64,000 nucleotides of DNA from Carcharhinus amblyrhynchos (GCA_965287045.1 OZ336890.1:32674001-32738000); one strand, 5' to 3'. Counted from the stretch's first letter, positions 11,876 through 25,555 are shown. Numbers and translations are program-made. Notes: a model not told the origin generated them from the letters alone.

Positions 11876-12819
11876 TGAAATACAAAACATAGGATTTCAT
11901 TGAATTTTGAACGCCCTTATCGATGTTGGTGATGTTTTCTGCCAGATGTTCTCCTTGAGTTTCATATTGTTGACCGTGTCCAGAAGTGGAACTTCCGCAG
12001 TTACAGCACAGAATCTACCTACCTCTCCTGAATCTGGGAAAATAGAACCCAGGGGTCCAATAGGTTCCCTTTCACCACTGACTGGACAATATCACATTTA
12101 TATACCAATAAATAGACAAATGAACTGTATTCAGTGTAGTAGTTAGAATCTCCAATCCTCTGATTTAGGCTGCTTGAATGTTCAGCTCATCCTTCACTCA
12201 CCTTTGATGACAGGGTCATGCTTTGGAATTTCCACCCTAAACCACTTGGCCTCTTTTTCACCTACATTCCTGACCAAGTTTTGTTCAGGAGAGATGTTAG
12301 GAAGCACTTCGACACAGAAAGGGTGGTAGAGGTTTTGAACTCTCTTCCACAAATGGCACTTGATGCTAGATCAATGACTATTTTTAAATCTGAGATAGTT
12401 AAATGTTTTGTTAAGCAAAGTATTAAGGGAAAGTGGCCAGAAGCAGGTGTTAGGTATCTGTGGAGTTAGGCCGCAACTCAACCATGATCTCACAGAATGG
12501 CAGAAAGGGCTCAATGGGCTGAATGGCCTTCTCCTGTTCCTATCCCCCCTCCTTTGACTGAGTAAGCTTTGTGTTTTCCTGTGCTTCTGTTGAAGTCTCA
12601 GGGCCTACCCTATGTTAAAGATGGTACCTCAGTGTGAGTTGTTGTTGGTGAGGTAATAAACTCAGACCCAACGCAGACTTCTGTGAATAGCCATTCAGCA
12701 GAAACTTGCAGTCTGGCATTCAACTTGACCCCCAGATGCCATCATCTCTCACTCCTCCGAACTTTGCCTTTCATTATCTGCTCAAATCTGTGAGATTTTA
12801 TCAAATACTTTCAAAACCA

Positions 12820-13970
12820 GTCACAAAGAACAGTACAGCACAGGAACAGGCCCTTTGGCCCATCAATCCTGTGGCAACACATGATGCCTTTCTAAATTAA
12901 AGACCTCTTGCCTCTATGCGTGCCCTATCCCTCTATTCCCTACCTATTCATATATCTGCCAAGATGCCTCTTAAACATTGCCATTGTATCTGCTTTTACC
13001 ACCTCCTTTAGCAATGCATTCCAGGCACTTAATTTGATTTGGTTTTTTTTTTATTGTCACATGTATTAACGTACAGTGAAAAGAATTGTTCTTTGCGCGC
13101 TATACAGACAAAACATACCGTTCATAGAGAAAGAAATGAGACAGTAGAGAATGTAGTGTTACAGTCATAGCTAGGGTGTAGAGAAAGATCAACTTAATGC
13201 AATGCAAGTCCATTCAACAGTCTGACAGCAGCACGGAAGATGCTGTTCTTGAGTCGGTTGGTACATGACCTCAGAGTTTTGTATCTTTTTCCTGATGGAA
13301 GAAGGTGGAAGAGAGAATGTCCGGGTGCGTGGGGTCCTTAATTATGCTGGCTGCTTTGCCGAGGCAGCAGGAAATGTAGACAGAATCAATGGATAGGAGG
13401 CTGCATTGTGCGATGGATTGGGCTACATTCATGCCCTTTTGTAGTTCCTGGTGGTCTTGGGCAAAGCAGGAGCCATACCAAGCTATGATACAACCAGAAA
13501 GAATGCTTTCTATAACACATCTGTAAAAATTGGTGAGAGTCGTAGCTGACATTGCCAAATTTCCTTTGTCTTCTGAAAAAGTAGAGGCATTGGTGGGCTT
13601 CCTTAACTATAGTATCGGCATGGGGGGACCAGAACTTGAAAACCTAAAAACTCCCTCTCTGTAAAAAAAGTGCCTCTCATATCTCTTTTAAACTTTCCCC
13701 TTTTACCTTAAACCTATGTCCCCTAGTAACTGACATTTTTACTCTGGGAAAAAGATTCTGACTATCATTCTATCCACGCTGCTCATAATTTTGTAAACTT
13801 CTATCAGATCATCCCTCGGCCCCCGATGTTCAACTGAAAACAAACCAAGCTTGTCCAATCTCTTCTCATAGCTAATACTCTCTGAACCAGACAATATCCT
13901 CGTAAACCTTTTCTGTACCCTCTCCAAGGCCTCCACCTCCCTCTGGTAGTGTGGTGACCAGAAACACAAA
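12820..13970 (-). mobile_element. CR1 LINE 3' end split by a second LINE insertion
   Basis: FWSPHYQREVEALERVQKRFTRILSG (13969-13739); the 3' UTR lies at ~12820-13030. Confidence 0.85.
13035..13640 (-). mobile_element. Rex1/Babar-like (DUF1891-type) LINE 3' end nested in CR1
   Basis: MSATTLTNFYRCVIESILSGCIIAWYGSC...KAASIIKDPTHP; A-rich tail; second copy at 26195-26580. Confidence 0.8.
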
Positions 13971-14614
13971 TTTGCTACTACCCTGTGCTTTTTTCTTAAA
14001 TAATACTAGAAGGCTAGTTGAGCACAGCAGATCCTTTAGAAACCTCTGATTATTCACCCTAATTTTTCATAATTTTCTAAATGTCCAGCAATTTGATTCT
14101 GTATTAAAATCTAGGGATTCAGTTTACAAAACAAAGGGAAACAAAATGGTAAAACCTGGAAACGCAGAGCTGTCCCAATACAGGCCAATCTTCTATCGGG
14201 ACCCTCCAAATGCCTCCAAAATATAGGGCCACTCCCTCCCAGTAAAGGATCCTCAAATACAAGATTCTCCCCACAATGATCACCCCTCCCCAATGAAGAA
14301 CACTAAATAGCGTCCAAATACAGGCCACCCCTGTCCCAGTGGAGGACCTCCTCAGTGCAGGACCTGACCCGGTTTGGGAACTCCCTCCCTCCATTCCTGG
14401 TGGGTCCTGGGGCTACATAATAAAGCAGGAAATGGAATGCAGCTGCAATGCTGACTGCTGGCTCCTAAAGCCTACTTATGTCACCTTTGTTTTAATCTGA
14501 TGAGGGAATTACTAGGAACCCCCAGTACATCAGGGGACTTGTCAGAGTTGAATTCACTGCTTTTGAGTAGCAATGAGAGTTTGAGGGACTGCAAAACCTC
14601 CTACATTGTTACAT

Positions 14615-15410
14615 TCCAGGAATATAGGAACAGCAGTAGGCCTTTCAACCCACTTAACCTACTCCGCCATTGAATTCAATCATGGTTTATCATCTACGTC
14701 AATGCCATTTCCCACACTTACTTCCACATCCCTTGGTGTTATCAGTGTCTATCGATTTCTGTTCAACATGCTCAATGATTATGCTTCCACAACCCTCTGG
14801 GGTAGAGAATTCTAAAAGATTCACCACCCTCTGAATGAAGAAATTTCTCCTCATCTCAGTCTTAAATGGCTTACCCCTTATCCTTAGATTATGTTCCCTG
14901 ATTCTAAACTCACCAGTCAGCGGAATCATCTTATTGACATCCAGCCTGTCGTGCCCTGTTAGAATTTCAAAGGTATCAACAAGGTTACTCTTTGAAACTC
15001 TAGGGAATACAGATCCAATCTACTCAATGTCTCTGTAAGTAAAACAGCCCTGCCATCCCAGAGATTAATCTGGTGAACCTCTTTGCAGTCCCATGACAAG
15101 TATATCCCCTCTCAGATAAAGGGATAAAAAAGGTACGCAATATTCTAGGTGAGGTCCCATCAAGGCTATATATAATTGCAACAAGACATCCTTATCCCTG
15201 GATTCAAATTTACTCGTGATGAAGGCCAACATTACATTTGCTTTCCTAGCTGCATGTTGATGCCATGTTCCAGCTCAGTCACTTAGCTTGTCAAGTCTTC
15301 TCAAAGCCTCCTTGCGTTCCCCCTACAACTTGTGTTCCCATTCAGTTTGGATATGTCAGCAAATTTGTAAATATTGCAATTGGATCCCATTCATATCATT
15401 TATAGAGACA
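14615..15410 (-). mobile_element. CR1 LINE 3' fragment
   Basis: IPLTGEFRIREHNLRIRGKPFKTEMRRNFFIQRVVNL. Confidence 0.85.
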
Positions 15411-15514
15411 AGTCTTTCAAACTGCACAGTAAGGGATGAATGGTCAGGTTTAATCCTGTGAATTAAAGATGAATTGAGATGATTTGGGACGTCGTATCCC
15501 TTCAAGTCTTAGAG

Positions 15515-16010
15515 AGACTGCAAGGCACAAGTCAGGAGTGTGATGGAATACTCTTCGCTTGTCTTGATGAATGCAGCTCCAACAGCAGTCAAGAAGCTCA
15601 ACACTATCTAGGACAAAGCAACCCACTTGATTGACACCGCATCCACAATCATTCACTGTTTCCATCACCAATGCACAGCGGCAGCAGCATGTATAATCTA
15701 CAAGATGCACTGCAAGAGCTCAACTAGACAGTCCCTTCAAAACTCTTGCCCACTACCACCTAGAAGTACAAGGTCAGCAGACACATGGGAATACCATCCC
15801 AAATTTACCCTCCAAGGTATTTACCATCGTGATGTACAAATATATTGCCATTCCTTCACTATCACCAGGTCAAAATCCTGGCACTCCTACCAATCAGCAT
15901 TGTCCTACACCACATGGAGTGCAGCAATTCAAGAAAGCCGCTCAGCACCACCTCCTTAGGGATGGGAAATGAATGCTGGCTTAGCCAGCGAAACCCACAT
16001 CCCCTGAAAA
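15515..16010 (+). mobile_element. CR1/L2-group LINE 3' end of a second, older family
   Basis: AQVRSVMEYS...AAPTAVKKLNTI*DKATHLI; related pieces at ~45835-47320, 47660-48120, 48550-48900, 54570-54810 and 55170-56780. Confidence 0.7.
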
Positions 16011-16039
16011 AAGGAATCATGATCTTGTTGCCATCAGAA

Positions 16040-16205
16040 TGTTTGGGACAGTTTAGAGGGAGTTTACTTTGTATCTAACCCCATGCTGTACCTGCCCTGG
16101 GAGTATCTAATGGGGACAGTGTAGAGGGAGCTTTACTCTATCTAACCCCGTGCTGTACCTGCCCTGGGAATGTTTGATGAGGATAGTGGAGATGGAGATT
16201 TACTG
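16040..16205 (+). repeat. About 2.5 copies of a ~67-bp satellite-like unit
   Basis: tatctaacccc(a/g)tgctgtacctgccctggga and ggacagt(t/g)tagagggag each occur twice in tandem. Confidence 0.8.
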
Positions 16206-16431
16206 CCTTGAGGAGCAGGTGTTAGGTATAAGGATTCTCCAGAACCGAAATATCTCACTTTGACAAATTCAAAGTTTCTGATCCTTGCATGCAAAAGTAA
16301 ATCAAATTGTGCTTGGAGAGATGATCTTTCAGTTGAATGGTTGGTTGGGGTGAAAGGGTTTCAATTGTCGAGTCCTTTAAAGGTGAAAAGAATTCTAATA
16401 CGGCTATCTGTTTTACTCCCTCCTTTTTCAG

Positions 16432-17901
16432 GGAATATACAGCTGTTTCAGCGGTGTACAGGAAGTCTCCAGCCCACTTCATGTAGCCTCTCCCATTGTC
16501 TCCTCAAGCTTTTCTCAAGCCAACATGTTGAAGATGTTGCAGGCAGCCAAAGATTTGGTCTCATCCACAAACGTGGAAACTTCCTTGGAGAACGCAACAA
16601 AGACACTAGAGCATTGGACACGCACGGGCGAAAACCTCTCAAACAGATTCCCGAAAACACCACCTCAGCAGCTTGACGGATCACAGGCCATGGACAGCAA
16701 ACAACTCCCTGTTCCCTACATCCCTAGCAGACACCAGCTTCGTTGCCTTCCAGCAACTTTATCTCCATCCCCGGCTTCAGAACATGAGATGGGTTGGCCA
16801 GATCGGCCTATAATTAAATACAAGAGCAGACCAGATGGCAAATACTTGACTTCAAAACCTGTAACTGTGATGCAAAATCCTCATCCCTTTCCACCAACTG
16901 AGTTCCCTCTACATTCCAGACAAACCAGGGGAAATGATGTGCGGAATGATTTAAAATCTCCTTATATTCAATTTATCAACAATAATGCATTGCATTACCA
17001 GGATATATACAACAGAAAATATTTTACAAGAAGACTATCCCTGCCTTGTAGGAAACTGACCAATTGCTCTACAGGACATATTGGTCCTCGGAGTGGGACA
17101 AGGACAGTGCCTGCAGTGAAATCTCGCACTGGATTGAATGAGAAGTGGCCAGTTGGAAATCTGTTCCCTCCAGTGTCATATCCCTACCAGAACCACTGCA
17201 GCTCCTGTATCAGATTTTACTCTGGGCCACAAGCAGAGGAATTAACTTCAGTGAGCAGACGATCTTCCTATATCAAAGCTACTAGAGAACTGGAGGAAAA
17301 CGTGAGATTCGAAGACAGATCAGGAAACGTGGAAAAGCTGAGACCACGAGGAGAAATTGCTGACTTATTTTCCAGTCTAAACAGTGAGATTCAGGAACCA
17401 ACAGGGGAGACTGCCAGGCAGTCCTGCAATCAAAGAGACGGGCTCCTTGGCCACAACAAGATGCATTTGTACGCCAACTCACTGAGTGCGCGCAAGTATT
17501 CTCAATCCACTAGGCTTCCCTCATACAAAGAGGCGTGCCTACAAAACTCAGCCACTCTGAGACATGCCTCCAAAGAGCTGCATCAACACTCGTGGTTACA
17601 TCCCTGTCCTGGTCCTTCCATGTACGTCTGGCATCGTCGAGTGGGCTCCCAGCGCTTCAATTGGTTGATTGGGCCCGGGCACCAATCCTGCGACAGAGAC
17701 ATTGTGATGAAGTACTTGGAAAAAAGGACTCCACCCCTGGGCAGTCCTGTGAGGGAGCCTAGAGCTGGCAGGAGTAGAGTGAGCTACCATGGGATGACAG
17801 CCAGGGGAAGCCAGGAGCTGGAGGCAGCAAGAGCAGGAATCAGTTGCTCTCATTTGAGAAAATCGTGCGCAAGGTTTTCCAGCCTCGAATCTGAGGTATA
17901 G
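16432..17901 (+). CDS. GRIN2C: GluN2C terminal coding exon (cytoplasmic C-terminal domain, 489 codons plus stop)
   Basis: Acceptor ctccctcctttttcag|GGAATATAC gives GIYSCFSGVQ...ANMLKMLQAAKDLV, in frame with ORF 16525-17901. Ends FSSLESEV*, the PDZ ligand of GluN2C/2D. Neighbouring TMEM104 supports 2C. Confidence 0.95.
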   Translation, partial: GIYSCFSGVQEVSSPLHVASPIVSSSFSQANMLKMLQAAKDLVSSTNVETSLENATKTLEHWTRTGENLSNRFPKTPPQQLDGSQAMDSKQLPVPYIPSRHQLRCLPATLSPSPASEHEMGWPDRPIIKYKSRPDGKYLTSKPVTVMQNPHPFPPTEFPLHSRQTRGNDVRNDLKSPYIQFINNNALHYQDIYNRKYFTRRLSLPCRKLTNCSTGHIGPRSGTRTVPAVKSRTGLNEKWPVGNLFPPVSYPYQNHCSSCIRFYSGPQAEELTSVSRRSSYIKATRELEENVRFEDRSGNVEKLRPRGEIADLFSSLNSEIQEPTGETARQSCNQRDGLLGHNKMHLYANSLSARKYSQSTRLPSYKEACLQNSATLRHASKELHQHSWLHPCPGPSMYVWHRRVGSQRFNWLIGPGHQSCDRDIVMKYLEKRTPPLGSPVREPRAGRSRVSYHGMTARGSQELEAARAGISCSHLRKSCARFSSLESEV

Positions 17902-19439
17902 ATTCAGTAAAATTTAAAGAATTAAACTCCAGGAGTGAAAACCCTTCTTTCGTTCAGTGATCCCCATATCCGTTCAATTACTTTTCAGCCTTTTTCCTCT
18001 CTCTCTCTCTGTCTGATCAGAGTACATCTTGATTACTGATAGCCAGCTGGGTTGAAATGACATTTTTTCCCAATCTCACTCTTCCAGTCCCCAACATCTG
18101 GGCTATTCAGCCATAATCCTACAAGGGAAAAAGATGTCATGACAACCAAGCGGGTCTCAGGTGAGTGAGCAGAAAGTGCTGGGGGCAAAGGAATGTGAAT
18201 TAAATCGAGAATAGAATGAAGAAATGCACTGAATTCAGAGCGCTTTTGGGAGATGAGATCTATTTCTGTCGAAATGAAAAATCCATTTTGGGGGTTTTCA
18301 AATCTGCTAAAATTTCCAGTGCTTGTCACATGTATTCAGCTTCTCCTGATATCAATTGAGTTGTCGCAGCTGCAAAGCTTGGCCAAGGACTGCCTGTACC
18401 TCGAGCTGTGTCAACATTTCCAAATAAATATAATCCTTACATTTATACACAGCAAAATATTTCAAACTCTTTCCATAGAATGGACTATGGCAGAACCAAG
18501 CTGCCCCACTGTGTCCCTCTGAGGGGATTCAAGGGCTGAATCATCACTAAGGTCAACGTCACTGAGTTGACACTGGGATGTTGCCAGTGCAGTCAGAAGC
18601 TCCTGGAACTGTACACTTGTCTATGAGATCAGTAACACCATAGACTATTCTCTGATGGGAAAGCACAAACCCAGTCTGTTACCTGTGGTGAAACATGAAG
18701 TGGGGCTGGCATGAGGTTGTGTCCCTTGGTGCTGTCAGTACCCCTAACACTCAGGCTCAAACATATATTCATCTTGGGATAACTGGGGGATCATTCTGTG
18801 ACATGATGGTGTCCAATCTCAGGGATTCCTGAGCACAGATCCAACATCACTCAATTGCAGAGCTCTCCAAGCGAATTGAGTTCCAACATTACACGATGAG
18901 GGAGAACTGTGATGGACAGGAGGGTGTTTAATTTAACCAGCCCCTTTCTCCTCTTACACTACCTAGACAGAGTTGTTTCTATTGCTACCTGTTGGCTAAA
19001 GTCGTAGACTGCCTGGGTTCAATACCACACAGCTATATTACAGGTTCTAGCAGCTTGGGGGAGTTCATGTGACATTCCTCCCATATCCGCTCCTGGAGTT
19101 TTGGACAAAGGATGTATTTGTCCAGGTTTGGAATCTTGAAATGTTTAATAGAGGAATCAGGCTTCCCTTTGCCATTGCAGATGTACCATCACCTTGGCCA
19201 GCTTTGTGTTAGAAATATAAAGGGTGTTGATGCATTTTTTTGGATCTTTTACAGTCACTGGGGGCATAAGCAGCTCTTTAAAGGTAATGAGGTCCCTGCT
19301 GATTTTTCTGAAGTTTAGAAATTCATGTAAATCATGGTTGGTCAAACAAATCCAAAGTAAAGCCTTTATCCATTTTAAAACTAAAATAATTTAATGAAGT
19401 AGCCAGGTTGACATTTTCCTTCCTAAACTGTGAATGGGA

Positions 19440-20780
19440 CATGACTAAGAACATGAGAAATAGGAACTGCAATAAGCTATTTGATCCTCTACAACTGCTC
19501 TGCTATTCAATACAATCTTGGCTGATATATAATCCCTACAATACAAAAGGAGGCCATTGAGTCAGTACCGACCACAATCCCACCCAGGCCCTATTCCCTT
19601 GACCCTCATTTACTCCACTAGTCCCCCTGACACTGGGGTCAACTTAACATGGACAATCTAGCTAACCCACATAACTTTGGACTGTTGGAGGAAACCAGAG
19701 CCCCAGAGGAAACCCACACAGACAGGGGAAGAAAGTGCAAACTCCATACAGACACTGGTTCCTGGCCATGTCTCAACTCCCTCTTTGTGCACTACACCCA
19801 TATGTCTTAGTTTCCTTAAAATCCAAAAATTCATTGATCTTTGATCAAAATATCTTGAATATTTTCAATAACTAAGCATTTATAGCTCTGAAGTAAAGAA
19901 TTCTAAAGACTCACATTTCTCATTTCAGTCTTAATTGGCTAACCATTTATTCTGCGACCACATGTTCTTGATTCCCCAGCCAGGGGAAATGATCTCTCAA
20001 CATCTGTCCTGTCAAATCCCCTAAAGAATTTTAGATGTTCCTCTGAGTTCAACTCTCATTCTTCTGAACAATAAGCTATATAGCCCCATTCTACTCAATC
20101 ATGTCTCATAGGATGACGCTAGTATCCAGCAAATTAATCTAGTGAATGTTTATTGCACTCCCTCTTGGGCAAGTGCAGTCTTCCTTATATATATAACAGA
20201 CCAAATCTAAACATGATGCTCCAAATATGGTCTCACCAAAGCCTTGTATAATTGTAGTAAGTCTTTACGCTTGTACTCCAATTCCTTTGCTAACATTTGT
20301 CTTCCTTATTGCTTACTGTATGCACATGGTAATGCAAGAGCACCCAGGATCCTCTTCATACAAGCATCTCCCAGTCTTACCATTTTAAAAACATTATTTT
20401 TAATTTTTCCTATCAGACTAGATAACTTAACATTTCACCACATCTGCCATCTTCTTGCCCACTCATTCAACCTATCTATTTCCCTTTGCTACCACTTTGC
20501 ATCCTCCTCACTGCTTACATTCCCAATTAACTTTATAACTTCAGCCAACTTGGATGCGTTGCACTGGTACATTTATATAAGTCATTGATATTAATTTGAA
20601 ATAACCGAGACCCAAGAGCTGATCCTTGCAGCATTCCATCAGGTACATCCTGGCATCCCAAAATGTATTATTTATTCCTACTCTCTATTTTATGTCCATT
20701 AGCCAATCCTCATTCCACAAATGTATTTCCCCTAATCCTATAAGACCTAGTTTTGGGCAATAACCTTGTGTGACACCTTT
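19440..20780 (-). mobile_element. Decayed CR1 LINE with a nested HE1-like SINE (~19530-19770)
   Basis: CR1 3' end gaacatgagaaataggaac, then SINE core gaggaaacccacacagac...tgcaaactcc, then CR1 RT-region sequence. Confidence 0.75.
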
Positions 20781-21369
20781 TTTTTGATTTGCTCTACTCT
20801 GATAATTACAACTTTTCCCTCTAAAAATGTCCCACCTTCTCCTCCTTGCTACATTGCGGTTTCAGCACCTTGGACAGCAGCTCAAAGCTGACTGACTGCA
20901 GTTGCAGATGAATAGGATCCTAATGCTCTCCACAGACTCCCACTTATTGTGATCATTGCACACCATCTGCACTGCCAGTCCTATCTAACCTTGTTTCATT
21001 TAAAGTTTATGTCTCTAATTAACTTATTTTTAAATGACTTATGTGATCTAATATAAGTGCTAGGTAGATCAAATTAAATATTTCCCAATTTATCCCACTG
21101 TTCTTCCTCATATACTGAATTCATTCATTCCACTGCTCGTAACAGACTTGGATCACACTTTTCAACACACACTTCTCTTGCACTACTTTACACATCTGAG
21201 GTCGGTCTCTCTTTCTCCCACCACTTTACACGCTCAGGCTCTCTCTCTCTCTCTCTCTCTCTCCCCTGCCACTTTATACTGGTAAGCCCTACTATTGCAC
21301 AATAATCTCAGTGAATCAAATTTTAACATTATAGTTGAAGAGTTTTTCAGTTGAATTAAGATTTTACAA

Positions 21370-22380
21370 ACACAAGAAATGGGATCAGGCAGCAGCCATT
21401 TGGCCCTTTGAGCCTGCTTCATGATTCAAAAGATCCTGGGCTAATATACCTCAACTCCACCTCCCACACTATCCCATATTCCTTAATTTCCTTACTGCCC
21501 AAAAAAACCTAGTCATCTCCGACTTAAATATACTCATTGAATGAGCATCAATAATCCTTTTGGGTAGAAATTCCCAAAGAGCCACAATCCTTGTGTCAAG
21601 AAATTTATTAGCTCAGTCCTAAATGGCAAACTCCTTATCCTGAGACTATGATCCCAGGTTGTAGACATGCTCACCAGGAGAAACATCCTTCCAGCATTTA
21701 CACTGAAACATGAAATTCTTAAGTGGGTAGACAATTTGATCACTTTTCACCCTTCTAAACTCTAGAAACTATAGACCTAGTCTGTTCAATCTCTCTCTGC
21801 ATGAGGCATCCCAGGAATCAGTGAACCTTTTCTGCACTCCAAAACAAGTGAGACGTGTTCTCCTTGGGTGAGAAGACTAAGTGTACACAGTACTCCAGCT
21901 GTGGTTTTACCAATGCCCTCTATAATTCCATTGCAATAAAGCTTAACTTATCATTTGCTTTCATGATCGCTTGCTGTACTGAGTGTTAACTGTGTGATGT
22001 TTAAAAAGACCCCAGGTTCCTCCAGATACTGACACTGCCAGTCTCTCAATGTTTAAGAAAGTCTACTTTTTTATCCTTCCTGTCAAAGCAGATAACTTTC
22101 ACACTTCATTGCTTGGTAACCCATCTGCCATGTTTTTGCTTGTTTAATCTGACTTGTTTATATCTCTTTGTAGCCTTTCCGCATCATCCTGTAGCACTAA
22201 CTTTCCCCATCTAATTTGTGTTATCAGGAAACTTGGTTTGTTCAGCCGTATAGTTGTAAATATCTGAGAGCCAAGAACTGATCCCTACAAAGACTGCACT
22301 AGTTATAGCCTGCCAAATATTTTGTTTATTTCAACTAGGCTTTCTGGTACCCTGACCAATCCTCAGTTCAGGATTACCTA
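21370..22380 (-). mobile_element. Decayed CR1 LINE 3' portion
   Basis: GRMFLLVSMSTTWDHSLRIRSLPFRTELINFLTQ resembles the CR1 ORF2 C-terminus. Confidence 0.75.
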
Positions 22381-23076
22381 ATCCCTAATGTAACCAATTT
22401 TTATAATACCCCAATCCCTAATTTTGCATAAAAATTACACAATTAAAATGCAATCTAAGTGCAACTTAACCTTCTAACACTACACGCTTAGTGATATTTC
22501 AGAGTGAATTGAGTTTGAACATTTGCAACTGGGGAGAAAATCACAGTGAATTGTGACTAATTGTAATTAGAGTGAGATTGCATTTGTAAATCATTAGATT
22601 AGGCCCAAGATGGGGTGCAATGCCTTGTCAGTTTGGATCTCATTTGTCCCTCTTGTGGGGTCCATTGATTGGATTCAATTTTAATTTGCTTGTTTTTGGA
22701 TGAATAAAAAATTAAATTTTAAAATTGCCTCCTGTTATAATGTTAGAGATCTCAGTGTAAATGGATTCTAACACCACAGTTTGTGAAAAGGCCACACTCT
22801 AAATCAGCAGCTGATCCAAGTAAGCCCCTGAACCTAACCAGTCCACAGGCCACTTGGTGTGGCTCTTAGATAGGTTTGGAAAATGCCTGACAAACAGGTA
22901 AGTTGCAATGGAAGATTGTTCAAGGGGAAGTTACACCAATGATAGTTGGGACAGCCAACCTGTTTACTGTCGCTAGGCCCATTGAGCCTATCAGCAGCAA
23001 ATATGGGAGAAAAACACAATCTGTGATTACAGGATACCGAACATGAGAAGCAGGGGTATATGCCAGGGAATGGGAG

Positions 23077-23526
23077 GTCAGACAGACAGAGTGAGCTTGG
23101 GACAGGGGTCAGACAGATGTGGGCAGAGAGTGGGGGGTGAGACAGAGTGATCTTGGGACAGGGGTNNNNNNNNNNNNNNNNNNNNNNNNNNNNNNNNNNN
23201 NNNNNNNNNNNNNNNNNNNNNNNNNNNNNNNNNNNNNNNNNNNNNNNNNNNNNNNNNNNNNNNNNGTGAGTGGGAGGATTTGAGTTTGAGGGGGGGGAAT
23301 GAAGTGAATTTGAGGGGCAATGAGTGAACGTGTGAGCCAGTCAATGTTTATGCAACAGAAGTAGTACATGTTTGCAAGGGAGGGGGTGTGAGAGAGGGGC
23401 AAGTGAGTGTGAGAGAGGCGGGAGTGAGTGTGCATGGGAGAGTTGGAGTGAGTTTGTATGTGGGAGGCTGTGTGTGTGTGTATGAGAGAATGGAGATGAA
23501 TGTTTGTTGGGGGGAATGGAGAGTAA

Positions 23527-23559
<33 letters not shown>

Positions 23560-23810
23560 TGAGTGAGTGAGTGAGTGAGTGAGAGAGAGACAGGGTCCAG
23601 TGGGGAGCAGAGATACTGAATGAGTGCATGTTGTGAGTGCAGAAAGCTGAGTCTGATTGTGAAGTAGTGAGTCTGTCATACTTGTCGTGCCAGGTTTCTC
23701 ACTCACACACACTCCCCCCACATTCATTCACACTCCCCCCACATTCATTCACACTCCCCCCACATTCATTCACACTCCCCCCACATTCATTCACACTCCC
23801 CCCACCCACA
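23077..23810. repeat. Low-complexity cluster around a 100-N assembly gap (23166-23265): repeated gacagagtga.cttgggacaggggt, (GA)n, (GAGT)n and a 21-bp minisatellite CACACTCCCCCCACATTCATT x4-5
   Basis: Directly visible; the 21-bp unit spans ~23708-23805. Confidence 0.9.
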
Positions 23811-24009
23811 AACATTGATACCCCTTGCACTTCAGTAATTTATTACTTTCTGAAAATTAACAATTTGTTCTTGCATTGCCTTACTTTTGCTCAGAAATTG
23901 TTTCTTTCCTTACAATCCCAACTTTTTATCTAAAATTCAGTTTATTGTTCTGCCAAAACTTACGTTACCAAAATTTTCTCATTGGCCCCTTGCGCGAGGA
24001 TTATGCGCA

Positions 24010-24120
24010 AATTCAGCTTTGACAAAGGGTCATCTGGACTCGAAACATCAGCTCTTTTCTCTCCTTAGCAATGCTGCCAGACCTGCTGAAATTTTCCAGC
24101 ATTTTATCTTTTGGTTTAAT
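24010..24120 (+). mobile_element. Penelope-type terminal repeat fragment with a degenerate hammerhead motif
   Basis: ttgacaaaGGGTCatctgGACTCgaaacatcagctc...atgctgccagacctgctga; same family as ~36015-36115, 37140-37270, 49850-49915 and 52697-52935. Confidence 0.65.
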
Positions 24121-25555
24121 ATATAAATCTGACCCCCTTCTCCTGCACACCCCCTCCCCCAGCCCTAACCCCTTTAATTGTGGGAAAAGGTTGAACCAAG
24201 TTCTTTAAACTGATTTGGCTAACACACAGAAAAGGAGATCACCGTATAAATTCTAACAGGACTCTTTAATACACAGAGGAATACATTTCTTTCCTGAGAT
24301 TCTTCATCGTCACTATCTCAGAGGTTTCTGTTTAAATGCGTGTACCGGAGGAAAATATTTTATTAAGACCATTTTTGAGTTGTGTGTCAGTACCAACAAA
24401 TTAACATTTTAACTGATTGTTGATGAACCAGTCAGGAAAAGTGAGTGTGTTGTAATGATGGTGGGATCAGTCCCACTGGGAGCTCCGGACTCTACAGTAA
24501 CCCCAATTCTGCTTATTCCTTGCAGGAAGCCACGGTGGCAGTCTGATACAGCATATCATCCACTGGGCCTGGACCTGCCTCTGGGCAACCTGGAACTGCC
24601 CCTCCAGGGGTGTGCACCTGTTCCCACAATCCCCCCATCCCCGAACCCACCCCCTGGCCTGTACCTGGAACCCCCTCCCCCTCCTGGGGCTTGGACTTAG
24701 AATGAACTGATGATACCAATTCTCATCTGAGAGTTTCAATGTCTGGAACATGATTTTTTTTATGTGCTGTACGTGTCAGTACATGTTCCAAGTACGAAAC
24801 CTTTGTATATCCAACTCCGATAGTAAATTGTACCTCTGTTGGTGTCAGGTCAGGCATTTAATGACAGCAACACAGCCTCTCTCCTACATTACAAAATACC
24901 AACCTCTATATTAATCGTGCACTCATCAGCCCCACATCCAAACATTACTGGAAACAGAGACCCAGTCTAAATGAGTTCTTTTCTGTCCCGTGTTGTGATT
25001 TGTGTAGACTTTAGTTTCACACATATTCAGCTATACAAATGATGTTTACCCAAACCCTACTGGCACACTCCCGCATCACACATACTGCCATAGCCCTTCA
25101 CTCAATCACATCAACACAACATCATACTCACCTGCACAGAAGCAGAGGAGGAGACGGTGGCAGGGGGAGAAAAAGAGTGGGGGATAGTGAGAGGGGCAGG
25201 GAAATGGGAGTGGGGGGAAGAGGTCAGATGGGGACACCAGAGAGGGAGGGAGGGAGAAGACAGTAAATGGTTGGGGGGAGAGAAGGGAAAGTAGGAGTGA
25301 AAGTTTGCAATGGAGAGAGAGAGGGAGGGATGAGGAAAAAGAGTGGGGGCGGGGGGGGAGAGAGAGAAGTGGGAGTCTTCTTTCAGGCTGTCAAATGAAC
25401 TACTCTGTGCCACGCATGACAACACAATCTGTGGTGTTCAACTGGCCCAACTCCTCATGACTGTCAGAATGTGTCACTCTGTATGATGAGACCATGTCCA
25501 CGTATTCTGTACTGAGAAATGACGACTGTTGTTTACATTGTGTTTTAACTGTAGC

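Noticed and set aside
16260-17853. Overlapping alternate-frame and antisense ORFs across the GRIN2C last exon
   Set aside because: These are shadows of the real coding exon with no recognisable motifs.
18540-18830. Faint resemblance to an LF-SINE-like ancient repeat in the GRIN2C 3' region
   Set aside because: The similarity is too weak to support by eye; it needs an nhmmer search against Dfam.
23166-23265. Run of 100 N
   Set aside because: Assembly gap placeholder; the true length is unknown, so distances across it are uncertain.
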